The translations under genes were made by a program, and so were the position numbers. 64,000 nucleotides of DNA from Spartobacteria bacterium (GTDB taxonomy: Bacteria; Verrucomicrobiota; Verrucomicrobiia; Chthoniobacterales; UBA6821), in contig CANIVT010000007.1 in the NCBI GenBank assembly GCA_947471565.1, positions 6,909 to 70,908 of the forward strand, given 5' to 3'. Below, piece by piece: positions 13,627 through 23,785 of this stretch. Each line of letters opens with the position of its first letter. Within the stretch, counting starts at the first letter, position 1. The notes below the pieces were generated by a model that was not told where the DNA came from, searched no databases, and saw nothing but the letters and a program-made list of their open reading frames with translations.

Positions 13627-14700
13627 ATGAAACCGTACGAGTTCCTCAAGACACTCCTCAACACCCCCTCCCCCTCCGGCTTTGAGACCCGTGGTCAGAA
13701 GGTCTGGGTCGACTATGTCTCGCGCTTTGCCGATTCCGTGGAGACCGATTCGTACGGCAACGCCTTTGCGACGCTCCATCCAACCGAGGGAGAGGGCGAC
13801 CCGTGTGTGCTGATCAGCGGGCACGTGGACGAGCTCGGCTTCATGGTTTCCCACATCTCCGACGAGGGATATCTCTCGATCAAGGGAATCGGAGGCGTCG
13901 ACAACACCCTGGTGCGCGGTCAACGCGTCACCGTGCACGGTGAGAACGGTCCCGTTCCCGGGGTCACCGGTCTGCTGGCCATCCACCTGCAGGAGCCCGA
14001 CGACCGCAAGAAGGTGCCCGATCTCCACACGATGCACATCGACATCGGGGTCTCCTCGCGCAAGGAGGCCGAGAAGCTCGTGTCTGTCGGTGACGCCGTC
14101 ACCTACTCGGCGGAATTCCAGGAACTCGAGGGAGGTCGCTTCGCGGCCCGAGGATGCGACAACCGTATCGGCGCCTGGGCGGCGGCCGAGGGACTGCGTC
14201 TTGCCTCGCTCAAAAAAGGAAAACTCAAGGCACGTCTGGTCGCCGTCTCCACGATCCAGGAGGAGAACGGACTCTACGGGGCCTCGATGGCCGGATACCG
14301 GGTCCACCCCGACGTGGCGCTGGTGGTCGACGTCACTCACGCGACCGACATCCCCAACTGCTCCAAGATCAAGCACGGCGACGTGAAGATGGGCAAGGGC
14401 CCCGTCATCAGCATCGGGAGCGTGAACCATCCCGTCGTCAACGCGCGTCTGCGCAAGGTCGGCAAGAAGGCCGTCATCCCGCTCCAGGCGGAGGTCAATC
14501 CCCGCTGGTCGGGAACCGATGCAGACGCGATCTTCAAGACCAAGGGTGGCATCCCGACCACCTCGATCGGCGTGCCCAACCGCTACATGCACTCCCCCGT
14601 GGAGATGATCCAGTATTCCGATCTGGAGCAGACGGCGGAACTGCTCGCCGCCTTTGCCCTGGACTGCGGCAAGGGTGAGCGTTTCGGGGTCAGGGTCTGA
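13627..14700 (+). CDS. M42 family metallopeptidase
   Basis: PSPSGFE, GHVDELG, DNRIG, QEENGL, VVDVTH, RYMHSPVE. Confidence 0.95.
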   Translation: MKPYEFLKTLLNTPSPSGFETRGQKVWVDYVSRFADSVETDSYGNAFATLHPTEGEGDPCVLISGHVDELGFMVSHISDEGYLSIKGIGGVDNTLVRGQRVTVHGENGPVPGVTGLLAIHLQEPDDRKKVPDLHTMHIDIGVSSRKEAEKLVSVGDAVTYSAEFQELEGGRFAARGCDNRIGAWAAAEGLRLASLKKGKLKARLVAVSTIQEENGLYGASMAGYRVHPDVALVVDVTHATDIPNCSKIKHGDVKMGKGPVISIGSVNHPVVNARLRKVGKKAVIPLQAEVNPRWSGTDADAIFKTKGGIPTTSIGVPNRYMHSPVEMIQYSDLEQTAELLAAFALDCGKGERFGVRV

Positions 14701-14755
14701 TCGTTTCCCTCCCTTTTTGCTTTTCCTGCCCAGCCCGACACCCTAGGCAGGCGGG

Positions 14756-15976
14756 GTGACTTCCCCCTCACCCTCCCACTCGGGCTGGCGCGTCGCGCTG
14801 GCAGGACTCGGCATCAATCTCGCCCTGGGCGTCCTCTACACGTGGAGCCTCTTCAAGGGAGCCATCGAGAAGGACTTCGGATGGAAGGGTGACCAACTCA
14901 ACGATCCCTACGCGCTCTGCTGCCTGGTCTTTGCCTTTGCGATGATCCTGGCAGGACGACTGCAGGACATGATCGGCCCCAGGATCACCGCAACGATCGG
15001 AGGCGTGCTCGTAGCCGCCGGGATGCTGCTCATCTCCACGACCAACAACTACACCCTCTGGGTGGTGGGATTCGGCGTGCTGGTGGGCACCGGCATCGGA
15101 TTCGGCTACGCCTGCACCACGCCCGCGGCCCTGAAGTGGTTTCCCAAGGCCAAGACAGGGCTGATCGCCGGACTGGTCGTCGCGGGGTTCGGTCTCGCCC
15201 CGGTCTACCTGGCCCCGCTTTCCGAAACGCTGCTCAAAGAATTCGGACTGCTTAAGGCCATGCTCATCCTCGGGGTGCTCTTTGCGGTGATCGTGATCAG
15301 TCTCTCCCAACTGCTCAAAAATCCTCCCGAAGGCTACGTGGCGGAGGCCCCGACATCGGGAAGCATCATGGCGGCATCCCTGCCGGCCGCGATCGACCTC
15401 ACGCCCGCACAGATCCTCTCCAAGGGATCGTTCTGGCTGCTCTGGCTGCTCTACTTCATCGGGGCGGGCGCGGGACTCATGGTCATCGGCAGTATCAGCA
15501 GCATGGCCAAGAAATCGATGGGGACCTCGGCCTTCATCGCGGTGGCGGTCCTGGCGATCGGCAATGCCCTGGGACGCGTCGTGGCAGGATCCCTGTCGGA
15601 CCGGATCGGACGTAGGATGACCCTGCTCATCGTCTTTCTGGTCCAGGCGGTCCTGATGTTCGTGGCCATCCCTGTGACGGGCGGTGAATCCACACCGCTC
15701 CTCCTAGTCCTGGTCGCCGCTCTCATCGGGGCCAACTACGGAGCCAACCTCTCCCTCTTCCCCTCGATCACGAAGGACCTGTGGGGCATCCGGAATTTCG
15801 GAGTGAACTACGGGATCCTCTTCACGGCCTGGGGCGTGGGGGGATTCGTCCTTTCACGCGTCACCCAAATGCTCAAGGCCTCCAGCGGCTCCTACAACTC
15901 GAGCTTCACGGTGGCCGGCATCCTCCTGATCCTCGGGGCGCTGCTGACCCTCGGGATCAAGCGCGAGGCGAAATAA
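14756..15976 (+). CDS. OFA family MFS transporter (oxalate/formate antiporter-like)
   Basis: about 12 TM segments; AGRLQDMIGPR, KWFPKAKTGLIAG, GSLSDRIGR. Confidence 0.9.
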   Translation: MTSPSPSHSGWRVALAGLGINLALGVLYTWSLFKGAIEKDFGWKGDQLNDPYALCCLVFAFAMILAGRLQDMIGPRITATIGGVLVAAGMLLISTTNNYTLWVVGFGVLVGTGIGFGYACTTPAALKWFPKAKTGLIAGLVVAGFGLAPVYLAPLSETLLKEFGLLKAMLILGVLFAVIVISLSQLLKNPPEGYVAEAPTSGSIMAASLPAAIDLTPAQILSKGSFWLLWLLYFIGAGAGLMVIGSISSMAKKSMGTSAFIAVAVLAIGNALGRVVAGSLSDRIGRRMTLLIVFLVQAVLMFVAIPVTGGESTPLLLVLVAALIGANYGANLSLFPSITKDLWGIRNFGVNYGILFTAWGVGGFVLSRVTQMLKASSGSYNSSFTVAGILLILGALLTLGIKREAK

Positions 15977-15989
15977 CCACTCCTCCGGG

Positions 15990-17561
15990 TCAGTCCTTGC
16001 CCTCGGCCGGATTGTCAGACTTGCGGCGGCGGTAGGCCACGCGGGAGTGATGCATGCTGCCGAGCGAGGTGACCAGGCTTTCGGCGATCGTGTGGAGCTG
16101 GCAGAGGGTTACCGGAGCCTCGTCGTACTGACCGTCCTCGATGCGATACTGCAGGAGGTCGTGCACGAGGTCGTCGATGCGCTGGGGTGTGGGCCTCTCT
16201 AGGCTGCGTGAGGCGCTCTCGGCCGCGTCGGCGATGCCAAGGATCACGGCCTCGAGTGTCTGCGGCTTGGGGCCCGGATAGCGGAAGCTCTCCTCGTTGA
16301 CCTTGGGGATATCCTCAGGCCGTATCTGGAGAAGAGTCCCCCCGGCGCGAGCGTCCTCCTCCTGCTGGCAGGCACGGCGGTAGAAATATTCCACAAGGGT
16401 GGTGCCGTGGTGCTGCCGGATCAGGTCGATGACATGCCGGTTGATCCGGCTGCGGACCGCGAGATCCACTCCCTCCTTCACATGGGAGAGGATCACGAGG
16501 GCGCTCATGGTCGGGGTCAGCTCATCGTGAGGATTCTCATCAGGGGGGGCGTTCTCCGTGAAATACTCGGGCTTGGCGAGCTTGCCGATGTCGTGGAAGT
16601 AGGCACCGACACGGCAAAGTGTGGGATTGGCGCCGACCTTCTCGGCGCAGGCCTCGGCAAGGTTGGCGAGGGCGAGCGAGTGGTGATAGGTCCCGGGAGC
16701 CTCGAGGCTGAGGCGTCGGAGCAAGGGATGGTTGAGATCGGCCATCTCGAGCCACGAGATGTCGGTGGTGATCCGGAAGAGCTGCTCCAGGAGCGGCAGG
16801 GCACCACTGACGAGCACTCCGGTGAGCAGCCCGGTGCCGAGCGGGATTCCGCAACCAAGAAGGAGTCCACGCCAATCCTCGAGGGCGGTGACATCCCAAC
16901 TGACGGGACCGGTCTTCCCGACAAGGATCGCAAGCAGAAACACGGAGGTGCCGGAGTAGAATCCCGCACGCAAAAGCCTCGAGCGGCGACGCACACGCTG
17001 GGTGGCGAGCACGGCAGTCATTCCGCCGGTGAGAGCAAGAAGGAGGGGCGTGCCATCGGAGGGACCACGGAGGATGGTCCACCAGAGCGAGGCGGCGAGG
17101 GCTGACCAGAAACCGTTCTGGGATCCGAGCAACACGGAAATCGTCAGCGGGGCCAGGGCGTAGGGAACCGCGAGCGGCATCATCCCACGCCCGGAGGCGT
17201 CGGACTCGGTCACTCCCAGGAGGAGAGCACCGGCCCCGAGCTGGATGAAGATGACCGCAAGGAACAGGGCCAGCTTGGAATTCTCGGCAAGGGCACCTCC
17301 TCGGGCGATGAGCGGGTGCACCACGACCACCGCGAGGATTAGGAGGGCGTAGAGGAGATTTTTAAGGGGCTCCACGGGATTTCCCTCGAAGGAGAGCCAG
17401 GTGAGGAGACCCGCTGCGGCGAGGATGATCGCCGCACGGATCCAGGGACTCCCCTCCAACTCGAGGGCCAACTCCCGCTCACCGGCACTGCGGCGGGTCT
17501 TGCCGCAGCTGAGACCCTTGGCGGCGAGGCGTTGCTTTTTGAAGAAACCGAGAGGGGACAT
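15990..17561 (-). CDS. 7TM-HD (HDIG) phosphohydrolase, PgpH-like
   Basis: TM region, then APGTYHHS, YFHDIGK, HHGT, IADAAESASRSL. Confidence 0.92.
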   Translation of the reverse strand: MSPLGFFKKQRLAAKGLSCGKTRRSAGERELALELEGSPWIRAAIILAAAGLLTWLSFEGNPVEPLKNLLYALLILAVVVVHPLIARGGALAENSKLALFLAVIFIQLGAGALLLGVTESDASGRGMMPLAVPYALAPLTISVLLGSQNGFWSALAASLWWTILRGPSDGTPLLLALTGGMTAVLATQRVRRRSRLLRAGFYSGTSVFLLAILVGKTGPVSWDVTALEDWRGLLLGCGIPLGTGLLTGVLVSGALPLLEQLFRITTDISWLEMADLNHPLLRRLSLEAPGTYHHSLALANLAEACAEKVGANPTLCRVGAYFHDIGKLAKPEYFTENAPPDENPHDELTPTMSALVILSHVKEGVDLAVRSRINRHVIDLIRQHHGTTLVEYFYRRACQQEEDARAGGTLLQIRPEDIPKVNEESFRYPGPKPQTLEAVILGIADAAESASRSLERPTPQRIDDLVHDLLQYRIEDGQYDEAPVTLCQLHTIAESLVTSLGSMHHSRVAYRRRKSDNPAEGKD

Positions 17562-17567
17562 GGAGTG

Positions 17568-17612
17568 GAAAGGCTGAAGGAGTTTAGGCTGAAGTCTGTT
17601 AGGTCCTGAGGC
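17568..17612 (+). repeat. heptamer-like intergenic repeat
   Basis: aaaggctgaaggagtttaggctgaagtctgttagg. Confidence 0.75.
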
Positions 17613-17661
17613 TTAGATCCTTTGAAAAAGCATTTCTGAACCTCTTGAGAATAAACGTGGA

Positions 17662-18660
17662 TCAGAGGCGGGTTTCACCGGCGCCACGGTGTTCCTTGTA
17701 GGCGGCGACGATCGCCTGGATCAGCGGATGCCGGACAACATCCCGGTCGCCGAAGTAATGGAAGGCGATGCCGGGAGTCGCGAACAGGGCTGAGGAGGCC
17801 TCGATCAGACCGCTGAGTTTGTTTTTCGGGAGATCGATTTGGGTCCGGTCTCCGGTGATCACGCATTTAGAGCCCATCCCGATGCGGGTCAGGAACATGA
17901 ACATCTGCTCGGCCGTGGTGTTCTGAGCCTCGTCGAGGATGATGAAGGCCTTGTTGAGCGTCCGACCGCGCATGTAGGCCAAGGGTGCGATCTCGATGAC
18001 GCCTCGCTCGATGGCACGCTGGATTTCGTCGGGCTCGAGCATGTCGTGGAGCGCGTCGTAGAGGGGGCGCAGGTAGGGGAGGATCTTCTCCTCCAGCTCC
18101 CCGGGAAGAAAACCAAGAGCCTCTCCGGCCTCGACTGCGGGACGGGTCAGGATGATGCGGCTGACTTTCTCAAGCTTGAGCGCGGAGACGGCCTTGGCCA
18201 CGGCGAGGTAGGTCTTGCCGGTGCCGGCGGGTCCGATGCCGAAGGTGATGTCGTGGGCGTCGATCGCGCGCAGGTAGTCGCGCTGGGACGTGGTCTTGGG
18301 GACAACGGCGGGTTTGCGCGACGAGCACTGGACCTTCTCCCCGTAAAGTTCCTCCACAGGAGAGGCGGAGGATTCCTTGTGAGCCTCGGTCGGGTGTCCC
18401 AGGGCAAAGAGGAATCCGTCGCGACCTATCTCGGCGCCGGATGCGATGATGCGGCCGAGTTGGGTGAGGATACCGAGGGCGGCGGTGATCGAGGCGGGCT
18501 CGCCCTCGAGGCGCATCCAGCCGTCGCGGCTCGTGATCCGGATTCCAAGAGAGGTTTCCATCCGCCGCAGCAGGGTGTCATCACCGGCATGGATGGCCCT
18601 CAGCGATCGGGCGTCGGCAAACTCAAGCGTGGCGCTTCGTCCGTCCCGTGAGGGCGCCAT
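17662..18660 (-). CDS. phoH: PhoH family ATPase
   Basis: GPAGTGKT, RPAVEAGE, LAYMRGRTL, LDEAQN; alternative start at 18708. Confidence 0.95.
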   Translation of the reverse strand: MAPSRDGRSATLEFADARSLRAIHAGDDTLLRRMETSLGIRITSRDGWMRLEGEPASITAALGILTQLGRIIASGAEIGRDGFLFALGHPTEAHKESSASPVEELYGEKVQCSSRKPAVVPKTTSQRDYLRAIDAHDITFGIGPAGTGKTYLAVAKAVSALKLEKVSRIILTRPAVEAGEALGFLPGELEEKILPYLRPLYDALHDMLEPDEIQRAIERGVIEIAPLAYMRGRTLNKAFIILDEAQNTTAEQMFMFLTRIGMGSKCVITGDRTQIDLPKNKLSGLIEASSALFATPGIAFHYFGDRDVVRHPLIQAIVAAYKEHRGAGETRL

Positions 18661-18715
18661 CACGAACGGAAGAGGATCCGCTGCTTTCCTGTCGGTGGTC
18701 TTCAACAAGCAACGG

Positions 18716-19192
18716 CTACTTGTAGCCGTAAACCAACGCCCATGGGGTGCGCTCCTCGGGGGACTTGAGGATCTGGACGATGGCGAAATAGGTGCCGGTG
18801 GCCTTGGGGCTCACGCGGACTCCCGCGAAGCGGCCGCGCTGCCAGCTCTCGGCGTCGACGAGGTTGCCCTTGTCGTCGTAGATGTGCACGGAAAGCGAGG
18901 CCCCCTTGAGGTCCGAGCCCATGAGGAACCAGTAGTCGTTCCCCTTGAACAGCTGGGAGCTGACGGCCTTCTTCTGGTGCACGGCCAGATCGCCGCCCCA
19001 GGCATCCTTGCGGACGGAATAGCCCTGCTTGTAGTAGGGAAGGGCCGCCTCATAGGCAAAAGAAAGGGCGTCGTCGACGGTCGCGTGGAGGAGCGGGGAA
19101 AGGGCAACGACAGCTGCAAGGACCACAAAGGCCGTAAAGCCGGTAAGGCCGGTAAGGCCCCGGCGACAGGAATGGCTCGATGAGGCGATCAT
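18716..19192 (-). CDS. exported hypothetical protein
   Basis: hydrophobic signal-like N-terminus; operonic spacing with phoH. Confidence 0.75.
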   Translation of the reverse strand: MIASSSHSCRRGLTGLTGFTAFVVLAAVVALSPLLHATVDDALSFAYEAALPYYKQGYSVRKDAWGGDLAVHQKKAVSSQLFKGNDYWFLMGSDLKGASLSVHIYDDKGNLVDAESWQRGRFAGVRVSPKATGTYFAIVQILKSPEERTPWALVYGYK

Positions 19193-20043
19193 GTTCCGTC
19201 ACCCCCGCTGACGATGCGGCGGTCGACCGCCTTGGTGAGCTCATGGATCGTCGCGATCTTATCAGGGGTGATGTGGTCTCCACTATCGCTGACGATGGGT
19301 CCGATCTTGCGGAGCAGGTCGCGGATCTCGGTCACGAGCGGGTTGCGGCGGAGGCGGCTGGGCATCGACCCGATGCAGCGGTCAAAATAGTCGACGAGCT
19401 CTGGCTGGTGCAGCAGCTCCGCGCCGTCCTTGGAGAATCCCTTGCCAACGATGTCGGTGAGGACCTCGGTGCCGCGGAGCCAACCGCCCAAACTCACGAG
19501 CTGGGAAAGATCGTGGTCGTTCAGCTCGTCCATGGCGCCGCGCACGTCCTGGAGCGCCCCGTCGAATTCGGCCCGGACTCCGCGCCAGTCGCGCTGCTCG
19601 GCCTTGTCGGTGATGCTCTTGCTGCGGGCGATGACCGATTTGCGGACATTGATCGCCTCGGCAAGGGTGAGGACCTGACGCCCGAGTTCCTTCACGCGCT
19701 CGGCATCCTCGGCCTCGACGGCCACGAAGCCCTCGGCGATCACGTTGCCGAGAAGCAGGGCCGTGCGGACGCGATCTTCCGGGGTGCGGACCTTGCCCTC
19801 GCGAAGCTCGGTCTTCCAGTTGGGGTTCCCCAGCTTGTCGAGGACGGCGAAGATTTCACTGGGCACCGGGACGACCACTTCCTGAACGGCGGCCGCGGGA
19901 AAATCCGAGAGGGCTATTTTCTTCGGGGGGTTATCCGCACGAAGTGGCGCAAGGCCGGCCAGAAGGGCCAGAAGAACCGTAAAAAATCCCTTGGCTGGGA
20001 ATTGAAAATTCCCCTCGCAGGGAAGGGCCTTGCCGTGGAGCAT
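19189..20043 (-). CDS. exported hypothetical helical protein (start uncertain)
   Basis: signal-like FFTVLLALLAGLAPLRA; 4-nt overlap with the next gene. Confidence 0.72.
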   Translation of the reverse strand: MLHGKALPCEGNFQFPAKGFFTVLLALLAGLAPLRADNPPKKIALSDFPAAAVQEVVVPVPSEIFAVLDKLGNPNWKTELREGKVRTPEDRVRTALLLGNVIAEGFVAVEAEDAERVKELGRQVLTLAEAINVRKSVIARSKSITDKAEQRDWRGVRAEFDGALQDVRGAMDELNDHDLSQLVSLGGWLRGTEVLTDIVGKGFSKDGAELLHQPELVDYFDRCIGSMPSRLRRNPLVTEIRDLLRKIGPIVSDSGDHITPDKIATIHELTKAVDRRIVSGGDGT

Positions 20044-20084
20044 GGAGGTCACGTCGTTCACCGCTTTAGTCCCGTCAATCTGTA

Positions 20085-21092
20085 ATGGACCCACGAAGAT
20101 TACAACACATTCTTGATACGGCCTCCTCCAAGCGCCTCCTGGTGGTCGGCGACCTGATGCTGGACGAATTCGTCTGGGGCAATGTCGGCCGGATCTCTCC
20201 CGAGGCCCCGGTACCGGTCGTCGAGGTCCAGAGTGAATCGAGCTATCCCGGCGGTGCCGCCAACGTGGCGCGCAACCTGAGGGAGTTCACCCCGTCCGTC
20301 ACCATGCTCGGCATAATCGGGGAGGACGAGGCCGGGCGGAAACTCACCGGGCTCCTGGAAAGTGAAGGAATTTCCGTCGCGGGTCTCTTCACCGATTCCC
20401 GCCATCCCACCATCGTGAAGACCAGGATCATCGCCCAGCGCCAGCAGGTCGTGCGCGTCGACCGGGAACGGGGAGGCGCCGCCGGTTCCTCCCGGAAGGA
20501 CATCCTTGAAAAGGCAGCGCGTCTTGTTTCGGAATCCGATGCCGTGCTGATCGAGGATTACGGCAAGGGATTGCTGGACCAGCACTTCGTCGATGCGTTG
20601 CTCGAGACGGCCTCCAAGGCGGGGATTCTCGTCACCTGCGACCCCAACCCCAAGAATCCTCTGGAGTGGCCCGGGATCGCGACGATCAAACCGAACCGTA
20701 GCGAGGCCTTTGCCGCGGCAGGCGTTCCCCTCTCCGCTCCTGTCCATCCCGTGGAGAACGATACCGCCCTCATGAAAGTCGGCGAGATCCTACTCGACCG
20801 ATGGAAGGCCGGAGCCCTGCTCATCACCTTGAGCGAACAGGGCATGATGCTCTTCCGCAAGGGGGCCGCCCCCTATCACACGCCGACAAAGGCCCGCGAG
20901 ATCTACGACGTCTCCGGAGCCGGCGACACCTCCATCTCGCTCTACACGCTCGGCATCGCGGCGGGAGCCACCCCCGAGGAGGCGGCGGAACTGGCGAACC
21001 ACGCCGCCGGTGTGGTCGTCGGAAAACTCGGCACCGCGACCTGCACGAGGGAGGAACTCGAGCGCAGCTTTTCCGTTCACGCGCAGTCATGA
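20085..21092 (+). CDS. rfaE1: D-glycero-beta-D-manno-heptose-7-phosphate kinase (HldA/RfaE1)
   Basis: GDLMLDEF, RISPEAPVPV, GGAANVA, DVSGAGDT. Confidence 0.95.
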   Translation: MDPRRLQHILDTASSKRLLVVGDLMLDEFVWGNVGRISPEAPVPVVEVQSESSYPGGAANVARNLREFTPSVTMLGIIGEDEAGRKLTGLLESEGISVAGLFTDSRHPTIVKTRIIAQRQQVVRVDRERGGAAGSSRKDILEKAARLVSESDAVLIEDYGKGLLDQHFVDALLETASKAGILVTCDPNPKNPLEWPGIATIKPNRSEAFAAAGVPLSAPVHPVENDTALMKVGEILLDRWKAGALLITLSEQGMMLFRKGAAPYHTPTKAREIYDVSGAGDTSISLYTLGIAAGATPEEAAELANHAAGVVVGKLGTATCTREELERSFSVHAQS

Positions 21093-21634
21093 CAGACGGC
21101 AGAGCACGCCGTCCCGCCCTCTTCCTCGACCGGGACGGGACACTCATGGAGGAAGTCGATCATTGCCGTGACCCGAAGGACGTGCGCGCCATCGAGGGCG
21201 CCGTGACGGAACTGGCCAGGGCGCGAGCCCTCGGATGGGCCTCCATCATCGTGACCAACCAGAGCGGCATCGGCAGGGGCTACTTCACCGAGGAGCAGTT
21301 CGAGTCGGTGCAGCGGGAGTTGATCCGTCAACTCGACGGCCTCATCGACGCCTCCTACATGGCACCCGATCACCCCGACAATCCCTCCCCACGCAGGAAA
21401 CCGGCACCCGGCATGATCCTGGAAGCGGCCGCCGAGCATGGCCTCGACCTCTCCCGCTCCTGGATGATCGGAGACAAGGCCCTCGACATCGAGGCGGGCA
21501 AAAATGCCGGCGTGCGTACCATCCTCGTGGAGACCGGCTACGGCCGCAAAGTCATCGACTGCTCTCCGGACCACCGTGTGCCGACCGTCGTCGAGGCGAT
21601 CCGCCTCGTCCTGGACGACACACCCCGAGCCTAA
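21089..21634 (+). CDS. gmhB: D,D-heptose 1,7-bisphosphate phosphatase
   Basis: FLDRDGT, VTNQSGIGRG, RKPAPGM, MIGDK. Confidence 0.93.
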   Translation: MTDGRARRPALFLDRDGTLMEEVDHCRDPKDVRAIEGAVTELARARALGWASIIVTNQSGIGRGYFTEEQFESVQRELIRQLDGLIDASYMAPDHPDNPSPRRKPAPGMILEAAAEHGLDLSRSWMIGDKALDIEAGKNAGVRTILVETGYGRKVIDCSPDHRVPTVVEAIRLVLDDTPRA

Positions 21635-21639
21635 CTCCC

Positions 21640-22419
21640 ATGCCGAAAGCCGCTGCCTCCATTGCTCTGGTCATCCCCGCCCGCTGGGGATCGACCCGTT
21701 TCCCCGGAAAGATGCTTCATCCGATCGCCGGCAAGCCGCTCCTGCGCCATGTCTGGGACCGTTGCCTTCTTGCCAAAGGAATCACCCGCGTGCTCATCGC
21801 GACCGACGACCGCAGGATCGCGGAAGCAGCCGAGGGATTCGGGGCCGACGTGGTGATGACCTCTCCAAATCATCCGAGCGGCACCGACAGAATCGCCGAG
21901 GCCACCGCGAAACTCCGCGGCATCACCCACGTCATCAACGTCCAGGGGGACGAACCGCTCATCGATCCGAAGCTCATCGGATCGCTTGCCACCGCTCTGC
22001 GCCGTGATCCCTCGGTGGAGATGATCACTGCCGCGACCCCTTTTACCGACGCAAAGGAATCCGATGATCCCAACTGCGTGAAGGTCGTCGTCTCGGCCAA
22101 GGGTGACGCCCTTTACTTTTCGCGGAGCAGGATCCCGTTCCACCGCGATGCGGCTGATCGTAAAAGCGCCGTCACCCCTCTGCTCCATCTCGGCCTCTAC
22201 GGCTACCGACGCGACATTCTCAGGAAACTCGTCCGTCTCGCCCCCTCCCCCCTGGAGCAGTGCGAGAAACTGGAACAACTCCGCGCCCTCGAACACGGGA
22301 TCCCGATCCGCGTCGTGAAGACCCCTCACCGGGGAATCGGCGTCGACACCCCCGGGGATGTCGCCCGCGTGGAAAAACTCCTCAAACGCGCCGGTAATCG
22401 CGCCAATAATCGCGGCTAG
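21640..22419 (+). CDS. kdsB: CMP-KDO synthetase
   Basis: IPARWGSTRFPGK, SGTDRI, NVQGDEP, EKLEQLRALE, GVDT. Confidence 0.96.
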   Translation: MPKAAASIALVIPARWGSTRFPGKMLHPIAGKPLLRHVWDRCLLAKGITRVLIATDDRRIAEAAEGFGADVVMTSPNHPSGTDRIAEATAKLRGITHVINVQGDEPLIDPKLIGSLATALRRDPSVEMITAATPFTDAKESDDPNCVKVVVSAKGDALYFSRSRIPFHRDAADRKSAVTPLLHLGLYGYRRDILRKLVRLAPSPLEQCEKLEQLRALEHGIPIRVVKTPHRGIGVDTPGDVARVEKLLKRAGNRANNRG

Positions 22420-22453
22420 ACCTCTGGGTTGAACCCCTAGGCCGACCTATGAC

Positions 22454-23398
22454 TCACGGCCTCGAGAGGGCTTTCGGGTAGCGGGGGCGCAGCCTTGCCG
22501 AAACCAAGAAAAGGATACCGCTCACGATCATGAAGAGCGAAAGGAATTGTCCTCGCGTCATCCCAGCGGTGAGCGGCGCATCAGGCTCACGGAAGCACTC
22601 CCCGGCGATCCGCACCAAGGCGTAGGCTATCAGGAAGATTCCCGAGAGCACTCCGTCGGAGAGCCTGCACCTGGTCCTAAGAATCCAGAGTAACACAAAG
22701 AGAAACGCCCCCTCGAGGAGCGCCTCAACGATCTGGGAAGGGTAACGTGGGGTGAGATACGAGCCGAGTAATCCGTGGAGCGCGGGTGATGCAGCGACTC
22801 CTGAAATCAGCACATCGGGGGATGCAAAGGCGGAATCGATCGCGGAGGCCCTCGTGATCAACTCCTCCTGACGGCCGGGAGACCAGAAGAGGATTTCCTT
22901 GGGAAACTGCACCGCCCAGGGGACCGTTGCCGCGCGGCCGTAGAGTTCCCCGTTGATGAAGTTGGCGCAGCGTCCCAGAAATAGGCCGACCGGAGCCACG
23001 ACGACGAGATTGTCGCAGAGATTGCGCCAGGAGAGTCCATGCTTCCGGGCGTACCAAAAGGTGTAGAGAGCAAGCCCAAGGATGCCGCCATGACTGGCCA
23101 TCCCTCCCTCCCAGACCCGGATGATGAGAAGAGGATCGTGAAGAAATCCGACCGGATCGTAGAAGAGCATGTATCCGAGCCGCCCGCCAAGAAGCACTCC
23201 GAAGAGGGCTCCCATCGTGATGAAATCCGCCACCTGGTCGGGCCGCAGGTCCGAATATCCCCGCTGAGCCAGTCTCCGGTAGAGCAGGGTGCCGATCACG
23301 AATCCGGCCAGATAGGCCAACCCGTACCAGCGGAGGCCGAATCCACCGATTTTCAGGAGAAACGGGCTCAGGTCATGGACATAGTAGGCGAGAAGCAT
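22454..23398 (-). CDS. lgt: prolipoprotein diacylglyceryl transferase
   Basis: RWYG, GGRLGY, GGMASHGG, GRCANFINGELYGR, PSQIVEA. Confidence 0.96.
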   Translation of the reverse strand: MLLAYYVHDLSPFLLKIGGFGLRWYGLAYLAGFVIGTLLYRRLAQRGYSDLRPDQVADFITMGALFGVLLGGRLGYMLFYDPVGFLHDPLLIIRVWEGGMASHGGILGLALYTFWYARKHGLSWRNLCDNLVVVAPVGLFLGRCANFINGELYGRAATVPWAVQFPKEILFWSPGRQEELITRASAIDSAFASPDVLISGVAASPALHGLLGSYLTPRYPSQIVEALLEGAFLFVLLWILRTRCRLSDGVLSGIFLIAYALVRIAGECFREPDAPLTAGMTRGQFLSLFMIVSGILFLVSARLRPRYPKALSRP

Positions 23399-23480
23399 CG
23401 GCACGGATCGTCGCGGAGAAATTTACGCGGGGCAATTTCTTTGACAGTCCGAAGCTCTTGGAATGATCCTCTCACCAACG

Positions 23481-23708
23481 ATGAGACGTTTCCCCCACCT
23501 CCCTGCCGCCCTGTTTTGCTGCGTTGCGATGATCATCCTGAACGGATGCACCACGATCCAGAACCGGCGCGACCTCTACTTCCCCCAAACGGTTCAGGGT
23601 CCCTACACCCGGATGCTCCATCACCGTCTCTCAGCCCCTTCTCCGACACCCGCAAAGTTACCCAAAAGTTCGGGCAGCGGAAAAAATGTGATCAAGCCTC
23701 GGGGTTGA
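23481..23708 (+). CDS. small lipoprotein
   Basis: signal peptide with lipobox ILNGC; TTGACA at 23441. Confidence 0.65.
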   Translation: MRRFPHLPAALFCCVAMIILNGCTTIQNRRDLYFPQTVQGPYTRMLHHRLSAPSPTPAKLPKSSGSGKNVIKPRG

Positions 23709-23732
23709 TCTCACGGCTGAGTCGTTTTCAAA

Positions 23733-23776
23733 AAAGACCGCCCGAGGGATTCCGGGTTCTCCGGAACCCCTCGTGA
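23733..23776. terminator. terminator between convergent genes
   Basis: GAGGG..TTCCGG/CCGGAA..CCCTC stem; A run on the left flank. Confidence 0.65.
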
Positions 23777-23785
23777 ACGTTGCAA